From Eubacteriales bacterium (GTDB lineage Bacteria > Bacillota > Clostridia > Oscillospirales > CAG-272): DNA of 64,000 nucleotides. This document shows positions 20,301 through 29,483 of this stretch, piece by piece. Made by a program: the position numbers and the translations under genes. The notes below the pieces were generated by a model. That model made no database searches. It saw only the letters and a list, made by a program, of their open reading frames with translations, and had not been told where the DNA came from. Every line of letters starts with the position of its first letter. Positions within the stretch are counted from its first letter, which is position 1. The stretch is from contig JAZKZP010000011.1 in NCBI GenBank assembly GCA_045612715.1, forward strand, positions 2,745 through 66,744, written 5' to 3'.

Positions 20301-21197
20301 AGCGATTGTTATAAAAGGAACTGCAAGGGGAAGAACATATTCAAATGTTGCTTTTTCAGTTGCTTTATCTACTTCTCCTTCTCGAGAAATAATGGCTTCA
20401 AATTCATATGTACCTGATTCAACAGGAGTGAGCATAAGCGCATGCTGAGATTTGAACGATGTTGATTTAGCAGTCGAAATAACCTTGCCATCTTGATACA
20501 TATTTACTGTGAGATAGTCAGCACCGTGATGGTCAACCAAAGCATTTACTGTTATGCCAATTGAACCGTCATCGTTTTTTGTGATATTGGCAAATGTAGG
20601 AGCTTTGACATTTTCCCAATTATCTCTAGGACCTTTATCAATAGTTTTAGTAGTTACTTCAATCTTATAAAGATAGAAGCCTGCGGTCATACCACCAACG
20701 TAGTATTTACCTTCGGAATTGATTGTAAGTTCTGAAACAAAAAGACCATTTGAAACAACCTCTTCATTTGTTTGAGTAACCACTTCGCCATTAGCATCAT
20801 AAACACCAACTTGTGAAAGGTTGCTTGTACATCCCCAGAACAATTTGATAGTTGCCGAATCCTGAGTTGTGAAGGAAATAGCACCAGAGGGGATTGAAGT
20901 ATTGATTGCGCCTTGGAAGTCAATTCTTTTTGTTGAAGTAAAACCAAGGAAATCTTTAGAATTTGATTCGATTTTTGTGCCTGATTTGTAGTGAACGGTG
21001 AAAAAGTTGTCAGTTCCACCTGTGTCAGTATCGCCCTCAGCCTTCTTGCCGCTAGAAACATCAGCAAGTGTGCCGGGATCAAGCACATAAGTTGTTATGT
21101 CAGCTGCGAAAACAGCCATAAAAGGCATCATCATCGGAAGCACCATAAGAGCTATGAGCAACAATGAGATAAACCTTGTGTTAAGAGATTTTTTCAT
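17331..21197 (-). CDS. Secreted multidomain PL9 pectate lyase (PelX/exopolygalacturonate-lyase-like)
   Basis: Signal peptide, FN3-like segments, DGLAYYYT..NFTF..QDGFGLM. PL9 beta-helix motifs ADGFAAKL, NADDGWDLF, GNGNGFKMGG. Cys/His tail and amphipathic end. ATG at 21197 after GGAGG. Confidence 0.9.
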   Translation of the reverse strand: MKKSLNTRFISLLLIALMVLPMMMPFMAVFAADITTYVLDPGTLADVSSGKKAEGDTDTGGTDNFFTVHYKSGTKIESNSKDFLGFTSTKRIDFQGAINTSIPSGAISFTTQDSATIKLFWGCTSNLSQVGVYDANGEVVTQTNEEVVSNGLFVSELTINSEGKYYVGGMTAGFYLYKIEVTTKTIDKGPRDNWENVKAPTFANITKNDDGSIGITVNALVDHHGADYLTVNMYQDGKVISTAKSTSFKSQHALMLTPVESGTYEFEAIISREGEVDKATEKATFEYVLPLAVPFITIASNLGNGEVKVIWNPTREAEKYNVYVGGNLYETTENRDIVISGLSVGKLAQIAVEAVRGKEVSERASVNVTVGAEKRDWDFTVYGPSTNRSDNVFTENKDGSVTVKSINGKGKLQPTGADGLAYYYTAIPSDQNFTFRAKVTVNYWKYSNGQDGFGLMVMDHVPSTDYTTANFWSNLYMATSTKIEYRYEDLEDGEYRLYTTDSVNGDKYSMKLGIGSISKIGINQSIIDRTTLGEQGLIVGQTGYLQSLVQTLECQAGLLGKKAGTYNIIGGYQNEIAPEGTLADEYLITEMTLEIQKNNTGYFITYYDKNGNVVRTIKNYEPDALEQFDKDYVYVGMFASRNASVTFSDISLTTINEADDKPAEPRPIEKIEPTVTVTSSTSITTTDYNLVADFNVAGTVDVFVNNKKLLSGVEVAAYERLNTILDLNGIAKYNEPNLLRIVFTPDPDQELPPYTALSKTTPVWHNVDITLYKGNYHRKTIYVAPYPTGMYYGNGTPEHPYDIYTAIKLVVPGQTIILMEGTYKLETGLRIERGINGTEDNPIRMIADPDAKTRPVLDFVHLGTGITHGGNWWYFHGFDVTNTIDGSKGFQVSGNNNVLDQINAYYNGNTGIQISRYHVVDLTIDQWPANNLILNCTSYGNADSGYEDADGFAAKLTIGEGNVFDGCVAHHNADDGWDLFAKIATGEIGAVTIKNCVAYENGFLEDGTVAGNGNGFKMGGDSLPGQHKIINSIAFNNRAKGIDSNSCPDITVTNCISYNNGSHNIAFYTNSANNTDFSATGIISIKDNKLSGDALVKEQFKPLGNQDTDKYDNPNNYYWNGTSCANKNGDTLTTDIFVSTEFTEITRNEDGSINMNGFLELNSKAPAGMGTTGDSTPSNRIELDSDETCTFAESWTVTDMFVHWHECECGNKSDIEFHDFEYVTDLEPTETKPGYKHNECKVCGFKEPTIEIPALRDNQPVETPSGILGFFQMIWNAIISFFKMLFGL

Positions 21198-21357
21198 AAA
21201 ATTCCTCCATTCTTTAGCACAATTATTGTGAATTTTTGAAATATTATGCCATTGTGTATATTTTACCATATTATATTAAAAAAATCAATAAATTTAGTGT
21301 TAATTATACAGTAAAAACCTCTAAAAATGAATTTTCTCATATTCTCACAAAAACACA

Positions 21358-21375
21358 CTTGATTTTTTTGATATA
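21358..21375 (+). promoter_or_regulatory. Candidate operator CTTGATTTTTTTGATATA
   Basis: Identical 18-mer on the minus strand at 23306-23323; near-identical copies at 40511 and 40542. Confidence 0.55.
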
Positions 21376-21410
21376 TTGCACAAGGGTTGTTCATAAAAAG
21401 TTCAAATAAA

Positions 21411-21434
21411 AAAGGTTTTCTCACGAAAACCTTT
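21411..21434 (-). terminator. Intrinsic terminator after AEC transporter
   Basis: AAAGGTTTTC-N4-GAAAACCTTT with a T tract on the minus strand. Confidence 0.7.
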
Positions 21435-21449
21435 AATTTATTGACATTA

Positions 21450-22430
21450 TTAGAAAATGCCTAATACTCTTAAAATGTAAGAAGCAATGAAAATACTGAA
21501 AGTGGAGAAAATTGTGGTCCAAATTACGAGCTGGCCCATAAGATCAGCGTCAGCACCCATTTCTTGTGACATAGGAACACTTGAAACGGCAACCGGAGTA
21601 CAAAAACAAGCAACCAAACTTGCAAACTGCGCGCCTGTAAATTTATTCAATAGCCATGCAATCGAAATTCCTATTACTGGTACTAATACAACACGATTGA
21701 TTATACCAATAATAATATGTTTTTTTAGATGCGGAATGGCAGAAAGCTCAAATCTTGCTCCAAGCACTAAAAGAGAAAGTGGTGTTGCTATATTTGAAAG
21801 ATTTTGTAATGTTTTGTAGACAGGTTGAATATAGGTAAGTCTGAAATCTATATTTAATTCTTGAAAAATAGCACGAACTCCAAGAGCTATGAAACCACAC
21901 AAAATTCCCTGTATCAATGGATTTTTTGCTATACCTTTTAGAACATTTGTTAAGCTTGGCTTTTTATCACCTGCTGAGAATAAGGTAAGTGTAACTACAG
22001 CAAGAATATTAAAAACAGGAACAATAAAAGCTGATAATAGAGAAGCCATTATGCTTCCTTCAACACCAAATAGAGATTCAGCAAGAGGAATACCCACTAA
22101 AGCATAATTAGCTCTAAAAATGCCTTGAAGCATAACACTTCTTTGACGATTTTCTCTAAATAGTAAACTCATTACTGGTATACCTATAAGGAAGAGAAGA
22201 ACTGTAATTATAATAGCATACCAAACAAATGAAAAATCCAGATTTGAAAAATCTTGAATTTTATATACGTTTAAAAACAACATAACAGGCAAAAAGATGC
22301 GAAAGACTAATGTATTTAAATCTTTAGAAACTACATCCTTTATTAAACCTATCTTTTTTAAAAAGTAACCAACAACTATCATAAAAACTATTGGTAGTGT
22401 GGCATTTATAACAAATAGTAAATCTTCCAT
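21450..22430 (-). CDS. AEC (auxin efflux carrier/malate permease) family transporter
   Basis: About 10 TM; LVFRIFLPVMLF, RANYALVGIPL, KNPLI, TPLSLLVLG, PVAVSS. Confidence 0.88.
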   Translation of the reverse strand: MEDLLFVINATLPIVFMIVVGYFLKKIGLIKDVVSKDLNTLVFRIFLPVMLFLNVYKIQDFSNLDFSFVWYAIIITVLLFLIGIPVMSLLFRENRQRSVMLQGIFRANYALVGIPLAESLFGVEGSIMASLLSAFIVPVFNILAVVTLTLFSAGDKKPSLTNVLKGIAKNPLIQGILCGFIALGVRAIFQELNIDFRLTYIQPVYKTLQNLSNIATPLSLLVLGARFELSAIPHLKKHIIIGIINRVVLVPVIGISIAWLLNKFTGAQFASLVACFCTPVAVSSVPMSQEMGADADLMGQLVIWTTIFSTFSIFIASYILRVLGIF

Positions 22431-22444
22431 AATTTATCCTTTTC

Positions 22445-23263
22445 TTATGTAATTGGAGGGCTTGGAATTTCATTTTCTTGACCATCACGAACTTCAGATG
22501 GAGTTAAACCATAAGCCTTCTTAAACTTATACGAGAAATAGTTGCTGTCATTAAATCCGCAAGCATAAGCAACCTCAGTAACCGAACGGCTAGGTTCATT
22601 TTTTAACATATGCTCAGCTTTTTGCAGTCTTATCAAAGTTATATATTCACTAAATCCAAATGTAATTTCTTTCTTAAAGGTTCTTGAAAGATGCTCTTCA
22701 CTGACAGATAACATTTTAGCTACGTCAGCAAGTCTGATTGTTGAAGCATAATTCTCTTGGATATACTTAACCGCTGCTTTTATAATCGAGTTTCTTTCAG
22801 GTTCTACATTTTTACTATTTCTTATCATAATCATAAGAATCCCTTCAGTATAAGACCTTAATGCTGAACGAGATAGAGTATCATTTTTAATGTATTCGTG
22901 TTCAATCAAATAGAACAATTCATTAATTGTGGGAATTGTTTCGTTGTTTCTATAAATATTTCCAAGTCCTTTGATAGCATCTAAAATATCTGGAGAAATA
23001 AAATTGTTAGCGAAATTTATCAATAAACGCGTGCAAGGCTTTGAACCGTAGTTAGTTCCGTGGGGAACACCAGCAGGAATCAAGACAATATCACCTGCAA
23101 TTATATCAAAAGAACGGTCATTGATGAAATAATGACATTTTCCTTCTTTCATATAGTAAATTTCAAAACCAGAATGAAAGTGTTGCGTTGAATTAGAACA
23201 AGTCTTGTTTTCGGTTCGATGATAATAAAAATTATTTTGTTTGTTTATCATATTAGAATTCAT
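22445..23263 (-). CDS. AraC family transcriptional regulator (cupin sensor domain)
   Basis: HFHSGFEI cupin and VAYACGFNDSNYFS..FKK..G.TP HTH; divergent from uxaBAC. Confidence 0.93.
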   Translation of the reverse strand: MNSNMINKQNNFYYHRTENKTCSNSTQHFHSGFEIYYMKEGKCHYFINDRSFDIIAGDIVLIPAGVPHGTNYGSKPCTRLLINFANNFISPDILDAIKGLGNIYRNNETIPTINELFYLIEHEYIKNDTLSRSALRSYTEGILMIMIRNSKNVEPERNSIIKAAVKYIQENYASTIRLADVAKMLSVSEEHLSRTFKKEITFGFSEYITLIRLQKAEHMLKNEPSRSVTEVAYACGFNDSNYFSYKFKKAYGLTPSEVRDGQENEIPSPPIT

Positions 23264-23305
23264 AAATACACACTCCATCATAATTATAAAGATATTATAG
23301 CACTC

Positions 23306-23323
23306 TATATCAAAAAAATCAAG
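23306..23323 (-). promoter_or_regulatory. Candidate operator overlapping the -35 of the araC promoter
   Basis: Minus strand reads CTTGATTTTTTTGATATAGAGTGCTATAAT, i.e. TTGATT-17-TATAAT. Confidence 0.6.
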
Positions 23324-23466
23324 ACTCTTTAGCAAATTATGCAAATTTTTTAAGGCGTAGTCATATAAATAAGTATAAAATATATATGGGTATTTATATC
23401 TATGTATAAATTGGTAATATTTTTTTGATATTAAATCAAATTCTTATAGAAAACGGAGGAAACTTT

Positions 23467-24747
23467 ATGAATTTCGAAAAGACTATAAGACCTGAAAGAG
23501 TCATTCAATTTGGCGAGGGTGGATTTCTTCGCGGATTTGTGGATTGGATGCTTCAAAAGGTTAATGAAACTTCAAACTTTAATGGTAATGTTGTAGTGGT
23601 ACAGCCTATTGAGCAGGGAATGTGCGACCTTCTTTCTGCACAGAATTGTGTATATACTCACGTTATTCGTGGTGTTGAAGGTGTTGATACAACTGTTGTT
23701 GACGTAATTTCTCGTTGCGTTAAACCTTATGAAGATTTTAATGCGTATCTTGAACTTGCAGAAAATCCTGACTTCCGTTTTGTAGTTTCTAATACTACTG
23801 AATCAGGTATCGTTTTCTCGAATGAAGACAATATTACGGATGCTCCTCCTAAAACTTTCCCTGCCAAGGTAACACTCCTTCTTAAGAGAAGATTTGAACT
23901 TGGACTTGGTGGTTTTATCTTCCTTCCTTGCGAACTTATTGATAGAAATGGCGACAATCTTAAAAAATGTATTCTTAAATATGCTGAACTTTGGAATCTC
24001 GGCGCTGATTTTTGTGCGTGGGTAGAAAAAGAAAATGTATTTACTAACACATTGGTAGATAGAATTAATACAGGTTTCCCAAGAGGTGAAGATCTCGGTC
24101 TTGGTTATGAAGATAATATGCTTAATACATCAGAATTCTTCCATCTTTGGGTAATTGAAACCGAGCACGATCTTGAAGCCGAGCTTCCTTTTGCTTCTGC
24201 AGGACTTAACGTTATAGTTACAAAGGACAAGCTTGAAATGTATAGAACAAGAAAGGTACGTATTCTTAACGGTGCGCATACATCACTTGTTCCTTATGCT
24301 ATGCTTGAGGGATTTGATACAGTAAAGAGCTGCATCGATGACGAAAGAATGTGTGCTCATCTTCGCAAGTGTGTTTTTGAGGAGATTTGCCCAACACTTG
24401 ACCTTCCACAAGACGAGCTTCTTGCTTATGCAAATAGCGTAGTTGAAAGATTTGGTAATCCCTATATCAAGCACTATCTTTCTGCTATCTCTCTTAACTC
24501 CGTAAGTAAATTTAAAGTAAGAGTTCTTCCTTCAATTCTTGAATACATTAAGAGATATAATAAGATGCCAGAAACTCTTATCTTCGCTTTTGCAAAGCTT
24601 ATCGAATTTTATAAGACGGATATGCCTCAGGATGCACCCGAGGTAGTGGCATTTATGAGAGATCATTCAGTAGCTGAAATTCTTGCTAATGAAGAACTTT
24701 GGGGACAGGATCTTTCCTTCTTGAAAGAGGAGATTGAAAAATGTTAA
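23467..24747 (+). CDS. uxaB: Tagaturonate reductase (altronate oxidoreductase)
   Basis: QFGEGGFLRGFVDW, SNTTESGI, PCELI..NG, TLVDRI, KVRILNGAHT. Confidence 0.95.
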   Translation: MNFEKTIRPERVIQFGEGGFLRGFVDWMLQKVNETSNFNGNVVVVQPIEQGMCDLLSAQNCVYTHVIRGVEGVDTTVVDVISRCVKPYEDFNAYLELAENPDFRFVVSNTTESGIVFSNEDNITDAPPKTFPAKVTLLLKRRFELGLGGFIFLPCELIDRNGDNLKKCILKYAELWNLGADFCAWVEKENVFTNTLVDRINTGFPRGEDLGLGYEDNMLNTSEFFHLWVIETEHDLEAELPFASAGLNVIVTKDKLEMYRTRKVRILNGAHTSLVPYAMLEGFDTVKSCIDDERMCAHLRKCVFEEICPTLDLPQDELLAYANSVVERFGNPYIKHYLSAISLNSVSKFKVRVLPSILEYIKRYNKMPETLIFAFAKLIEFYKTDMPQDAPEVVAFMRDHSVAEILANEELWGQDLSFLKEEIEKC

Positions 24748-26111
24748 TTAATAAACTTGACAATGTTGATATCAACCTTGATGACGGGCATAAATATGCA
24801 CTTCGTGATATCAAGGCGGGTGAAAACATCATAAAATACGGCAACCCTATAGGACATGCAATAGTTGATATTGCAAAGGGAGAGCATGTACATAACCACA
24901 ACATAAAAACAAATCTTTCAGGCAATCTTGAATACACCTATGAACCTACTTTCTACGATATTGATGAAGAAGATAAAAGTCGTACTTTTATGGGATACGT
25001 CAGAGAAGATGGCAATGTGGGTATCAGAAACGATGTTTGGATTGTGGTAACTGTTGGCTGTGTAAATAAGGTAGCAGAGCAGATTGCTAAAGAAACGGGT
25101 GCGCTTCATTTCCCACACCCATTCGGTTGCTCTCAGCTTGGTGATGACCAAACTACGACTCAGCTTATTTTGCGAGGACTTGTAAATCATCCCAACGCAG
25201 GTGGTGTGCTTGTTCTTGGACTCGGTTGCGAAAACAACAATATCGATGTTTTCAAAAAGGTTCTCGGTGAAACAAACGAAAAACGAGTAAAATTCCTTAA
25301 TGCACAGGATTTTGATGACGATGTTGCAGAGGGAATTAGACTTGTAAAAGAGCTTCAGGAATATGCAAATACATTTAAACGTCAGCCCGTGCCCGTAAGT
25401 AAACTCAAAATCGGTCTTAAATGTGGCGGAAGTGATGGCTATAGTGGAATTACTGCCAATCCTCTTGTTGGACGACTTTCAGATAAGGTTATTGCAAGTG
25501 GTGGTAGCTGTGTACTTACTGAGGTTCCCGAAATGTTTGGTGCAGAGCATCTTTTGATGGCTAGAGCAGAGAACGAAGAGATATTTAATAAGTGCGTTAA
25601 GCTTATTAACGATTTCAAGGATTATTATACAAGACATAATCAAGTTATCTATGAAAATCCATCCCCCGGAAATAAAAAGGGCGGAATTAGTACACTTGAA
25701 GAAAAATCGCTTGGTTGCATTCAAAAGGGTGGTCTTTCAAAGGTTGTTGACGTACTTGATTATGGTGATGTTATTAGTAAAAACGGACTTTCGCTTCTCA
25801 ATGGTCCGGGTAATGATATCGTCGCAATTACGAATCTTACCGCAGCCGGCGTTCATATTATTCTTTTCACAACAGGACGTGGAACTCCCGTTGGTGGTCC
25901 AGTTCCCACAGTTAAGATAGCAACAAATCATTCACTTGCAGAAAGAAAATCTAATTGGATTGACTTTGATGCTTCTCCCACACTCCAGGGCAATCCCTTG
26001 ACAAACGAATTGTTTGAATATATAATTAGAGTCGCAGAAGGAGAGGAAACTAAGAATGAACAGCACTCCTATCGCGAAATTTCAATATTTAAGGACGGTG
26101 TAACACTATGA
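24741..26111 (+). CDS. uxaA: Altronate dehydratase
   Basis: SAF domain GHKYAL..IIKYG, GCSQLGDD, HPNAGGVLVLGLGCE, KCGGSDG, FTTGRGTP. Confidence 0.95.
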   Translation: MLINKLDNVDINLDDGHKYALRDIKAGENIIKYGNPIGHAIVDIAKGEHVHNHNIKTNLSGNLEYTYEPTFYDIDEEDKSRTFMGYVREDGNVGIRNDVWIVVTVGCVNKVAEQIAKETGALHFPHPFGCSQLGDDQTTTQLILRGLVNHPNAGGVLVLGLGCENNNIDVFKKVLGETNEKRVKFLNAQDFDDDVAEGIRLVKELQEYANTFKRQPVPVSKLKIGLKCGGSDGYSGITANPLVGRLSDKVIASGGSCVLTEVPEMFGAEHLLMARAENEEIFNKCVKLINDFKDYYTRHNQVIYENPSPGNKKGGISTLEEKSLGCIQKGGLSKVVDVLDYGDVISKNGLSLLNGPGNDIVAITNLTAAGVHIILFTTGRGTPVGGPVPTVKIATNHSLAERKSNWIDFDASPTLQGNPLTNELFEYIIRVAEGEETKNEQHSYREISIFKDGVTL

Positions 26112-27466
26112 GTTTTATTAACGATAACTTTATGCTTAAGACCGAAACTGCAAGAAAGCTTTATGCTGCAGTTAAAGATCTTCCCATTATTGACTACCAC
26201 TGCCATCTTTCACCTAAGATGATTGCAGAGGACTATAAATTCAGAAATGCCTTTGACCTCTTCCTTGGTGGTGACCATTATAAGTGGCGTCAGATGAGAA
26301 CAAACGGTGTTGATGAGGAATATATCACAGGCGGCGCTGATGAATATGAAAAATTCAAAGCATTTGCAAGAACAGTTCCTTATCTTATCGGCAATCCACT
26401 CTATCATTGGACACACCTCGAGCTTAAGAGATATTTCGATATCGACGAAACTCTTAACGAAGAGAGCTGTGAAAGAATTTGGAATAGAGTAAACGAATGT
26501 CTTGCAAAGGACGAATACAGTGCACAGAATCTTATTAAGCGCTCCAATGTCGCTATTATTTGTACAACTGACGATCCTCTTGATACACTTGAATATCACG
26601 AGCAGCTTGTAAACTTTGAAACAAAGATTTTGCCCACATTCCGTCCTGATAAAGCAGTTGAAATCGGCAAAGAAACCTTTGTTCCTTATATCGAGCAGAC
26701 AGGTGTAAAGTCTTACTCCGAGCTCGTTGCTTGGATGAGAGCAAGAATTCAGTTCTTCCATGACCACGGCTGCCGTCTTTCCGACCACGCACTTGAATAC
26801 GTTCCTTACGGTGAGGGCGATGCAGAAGCGGCATTCAATAAGAGAATGGCAGGAGGAACTCTTACAAACGAAGAAATTGATGCATTCAAGACAGCAATGC
26901 TTACAGTTTGTGCTGAAGAATACACAAGACTTGGTTGGGCAATGCAGCTTCATATTGGCGCACTTCGTAATAACAATAGAAGAATGTACGAAAAGCTCGG
27001 CGCAGACGTTGGTTTTGACTCCATCAATGACCTCTGCATAGCTGAAAATCTTTCTAAGTTTATGGATTCACTTGAATATAGAGATTGCCTTCCCAAGACA
27101 ATTCTTTATACACTTAATCCCAAGGATAACTACGTTTTAGGCACTATGCTCGGTAACTTCCAGAAAGCACCCGTAGCAGGAAAGATTCAGTTTGGTTCCG
27201 GCTGGTGGTTTAACGATCAAAGAGATGGTATGGAAGCACAGATGCAGGCACTTGCAAACCTCGGTATGCTCGCTCGCTTTGTAGGTATGCTTACTGATAG
27301 CCGTTCATTTGTTTCCTATCCTCGCCACGAGTATTTCAGAAGAATACTTTGTAACCTCATCGGCAAATGGGTAGAAGACGGAGAATATCCTATGGATATG
27401 GATATACTTACCGAAATCGTTTCAGGTATTTGTTATCACAACGCATTGAGATACTTCAATTTTTAA
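26108..27466 (+). CDS. uxaC: Uronate isomerase
   Basis: IIDYHCHL, DHYKWR.MR, GNPLYHWTHLEL, WWFND, GMLTDSRSF. Confidence 0.97.
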   Translation: MSFINDNFMLKTETARKLYAAVKDLPIIDYHCHLSPKMIAEDYKFRNAFDLFLGGDHYKWRQMRTNGVDEEYITGGADEYEKFKAFARTVPYLIGNPLYHWTHLELKRYFDIDETLNEESCERIWNRVNECLAKDEYSAQNLIKRSNVAIICTTDDPLDTLEYHEQLVNFETKILPTFRPDKAVEIGKETFVPYIEQTGVKSYSELVAWMRARIQFFHDHGCRLSDHALEYVPYGEGDAEAAFNKRMAGGTLTNEEIDAFKTAMLTVCAEEYTRLGWAMQLHIGALRNNNRRMYEKLGADVGFDSINDLCIAENLSKFMDSLEYRDCLPKTILYTLNPKDNYVLGTMLGNFQKAPVAGKIQFGSGWWFNDQRDGMEAQMQALANLGMLARFVGMLTDSRSFVSYPRHEYFRRILCNLIGKWVEDGEYPMDMDILTEIVSGICYHNALRYFNF

Positions 27467-27475
27467 TAAACAAAT

Positions 27476-27508
27476 AAAAAACAGGTGGTTTCAAACCACC
27501 TGTTTTTT
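27476..27508. terminator. Bidirectional intrinsic terminator
   Basis: AAAAAACAGGTGGTT..AACCACCTGTTTTTT. Confidence 0.85.
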
Positions 27509-27516
27509 ATTTGCCA

Positions 27517-28602
27517 TTAATATTTGTTAATAACTTCCTCAGTTACCGCATCAAAGAGATAAACACTCTTGTGGGGAACATAATAAGAAATTGTAGCATC
27601 CATTTTAGGAGTATCGTGTGGATCAACCTTAAGGATTACTTTTTCACCAAGCATATCAACATAAACATTAGTGTTATCACCAAGAAGCTCTGTGAGTTCA
27701 ACTTCGGCAGAAAACTTAAAGGCATTATCAACATCAGCAAGTGAAATTGCTTCAGGACGGAATCCTAGTATAATATCTTTACCTTCATAAGCATCGATAT
27801 CATTTCCAATAACCAAAGAAAGATCGTGTTTAGCACCTGCAATTTCAACGCAACGGTTGTGAACAGTAGCACGAACAAAGTTCATAGGAGGTTCACCAAT
27901 GAATCCTGCAACGAAGAGGTTAACGGGTTTGAAATAAAGCTCAAATGGAGAACCAACCTGCTGAATATAACCATCCTTCATAACAACGATTCTGTCAGCC
28001 ATAGTCATAGCTTCAGTCTGGTCGTGAGTAACGTAAATAGTGGTTGAGCCAACTTTTCTATGAATATCGGTAATTTCGGAACGCATTGTAACACGCTGTT
28101 TTGCATCAAGGTTTGAGAGTGGCTCGTCCATAAGGAATATACCAACCTTACGAATAATAGCACGTCCTACGGCAACTCTTTGACGCTGACCACCTGAAAG
28201 AGCTCTCGGTTTTCTGTCAAGATAATCTGTAAGACCGAGAATCTTAGCAGTAGCAAGAACTTTTTCTTCAATAACGTCTTCGTCTATACCTTGAAGGGAA
28301 AGACCGAACGCAAGGTTATCGTAAACAGAAAGATGAGGATAAAGAGCATAGCTCTGGAAAACCATTGCTACACCTCTTTCACGAGGACGCATTTCATTTG
28401 CGTATTTGCCGTCTATGTAAAATTCACCCTTGCTTATATCTTCAAGACCAGCAATCATACGAAGAGTAGTTGATTTTCCACACCCTGAAGGTCCAACGAA
28501 AATAATAAACTCACCTTGTTCGATTTCGAGATTGAAGTTGTGAACGGCATGAAAGCCGTTGGGATAAATTTTGTTAATGTCTTTAAGAGATAAGTATGCC
28601 AT
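27517..28602 (-). CDS. Carbohydrate ABC transporter ATP-binding protein (MalK/MsmK type), copy 2
   Basis: GPSGCGKS, LSGGQRQR, DEPLSNLD, YVTHDQ, C-terminal TOBE-like region. Confidence 0.95.
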   Translation of the reverse strand: MAYLSLKDINKIYPNGFHAVHNFNLEIEQGEFIIFVGPSGCGKSTTLRMIAGLEDISKGEFYIDGKYANEMRPRERGVAMVFQSYALYPHLSVYDNLAFGLSLQGIDEDVIEEKVLATAKILGLTDYLDRKPRALSGGQRQRVAVGRAIIRKVGIFLMDEPLSNLDAKQRVTMRSEITDIHRKVGSTTIYVTHDQTEAMTMADRIVVMKDGYIQQVGSPFELYFKPVNLFVAGFIGEPPMNFVRATVHNRCVEIAGAKHDLSLVIGNDIDAYEGKDIILGFRPEAISLADVDNAFKFSAEVELTELLGDNTNVYVDMLGEKVILKVDPHDTPKMDATISYYVPHKSVYLFDAVTEEVINKY

Positions 28603-28611
28603 AAGACTCCT

Positions 28612-29475
28612 TTACTGAATATCGCTTTGAGCTAATTCAATTTTGTTGATTTTATCTGATAAAAGGGAAACTGCATAGGGGAGATCATCTCCAACCGTAC
28701 CCTCCAAAACCAAAATTGCATTTTGATTGTGGTTGTATATTGTTTTAAGTATTCTGTCAAAATCAAGAATACCCTTGCCAACTCCACACTGTTTTAATTT
28801 ATTATCTTCGACAATAAAATCTTTGATATGGAAAAGAAGAATTTTATCACCGAAAAGTGAAATACCGCGTTCTAAAATATTATAAGCAGTATCAATGTTT
28901 GAAATATCGAGATAATTATACAAGTCAAAAATATACTTGATGTTACTCTTTCCAATTCTATCCACAGCTTCTTTAAGTCGTTCAGGGGTGTGACAAACGT
29001 GACCGAATGCGCCTTCCATAGCTATATTTACATTGTGCAACTCTGCATATTCAGCAAGGTAAGAGAATGTATCAATAACTCTGTCCAGTGCTTCATCAGA
29101 ATGATTCATTGGATGATAAATCCACGGGTCACCATTGTAAGAGCCGGTTTCACTACCAACGTAATCACATCCAATTGATTTAGCCAATGAGATGTAATCC
29201 TTAAAAACGGAAATACCATTATCAATTTTAGCAGTATTTGGATGAACGGGATTAAAATAAGCACCTATAAGAGCAATATCTTTGCCGTTTTGTTTTATTA
29301 TCTGAGAGATTTTGTTCGCTTGTTCTTGAGTAAGCTGATTAGGGGAGCAAGCAACTCCCTCAATAGACTTGTACGCAACGAATTGAACGCCATCAAGTCC
29401 CAATTCACACAAGCGATTATTTATATTTTCTGCACCCTTAACACCAAGGTCGTGTGCTCGAATCATTAGTTTCAT
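28612..29475 (-). CDS. Sugar phosphate isomerase/epimerase (xylose isomerase-like TIM barrel)
   Basis: RAHD, GAYFNP, SETG, AMEG, FD.YN, HIKD, G.G.LDF, LEG. Confidence 0.8.
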   Translation of the reverse strand: MKLMIRAHDLGVKGAENINNRLCELGLDGVQFVAYKSIEGVACSPNQLTQEQANKISQIIKQNGKDIALIGAYFNPVHPNTAKIDNGISVFKDYISLAKSIGCDYVGSETGSYNGDPWIYHPMNHSDEALDRVIDTFSYLAEYAELHNVNIAMEGAFGHVCHTPERLKEAVDRIGKSNIKYIFDLYNYLDISNIDTAYNILERGISLFGDKILLFHIKDFIVEDNKLKQCGVGKGILDFDRILKTIYNHNQNAILVLEGTVGDDLPYAVSLLSDKINKIELAQSDIQ

Positions 29476-29483
29476 ATTTTTAC

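Noticed and set aside
21387-21399. TTGTTCATAAAAA shared with 40452-40464 (minus strand)
   Set aside because: Only two low-complexity copies, in opposite orientation relative to their genes; insufficient support.
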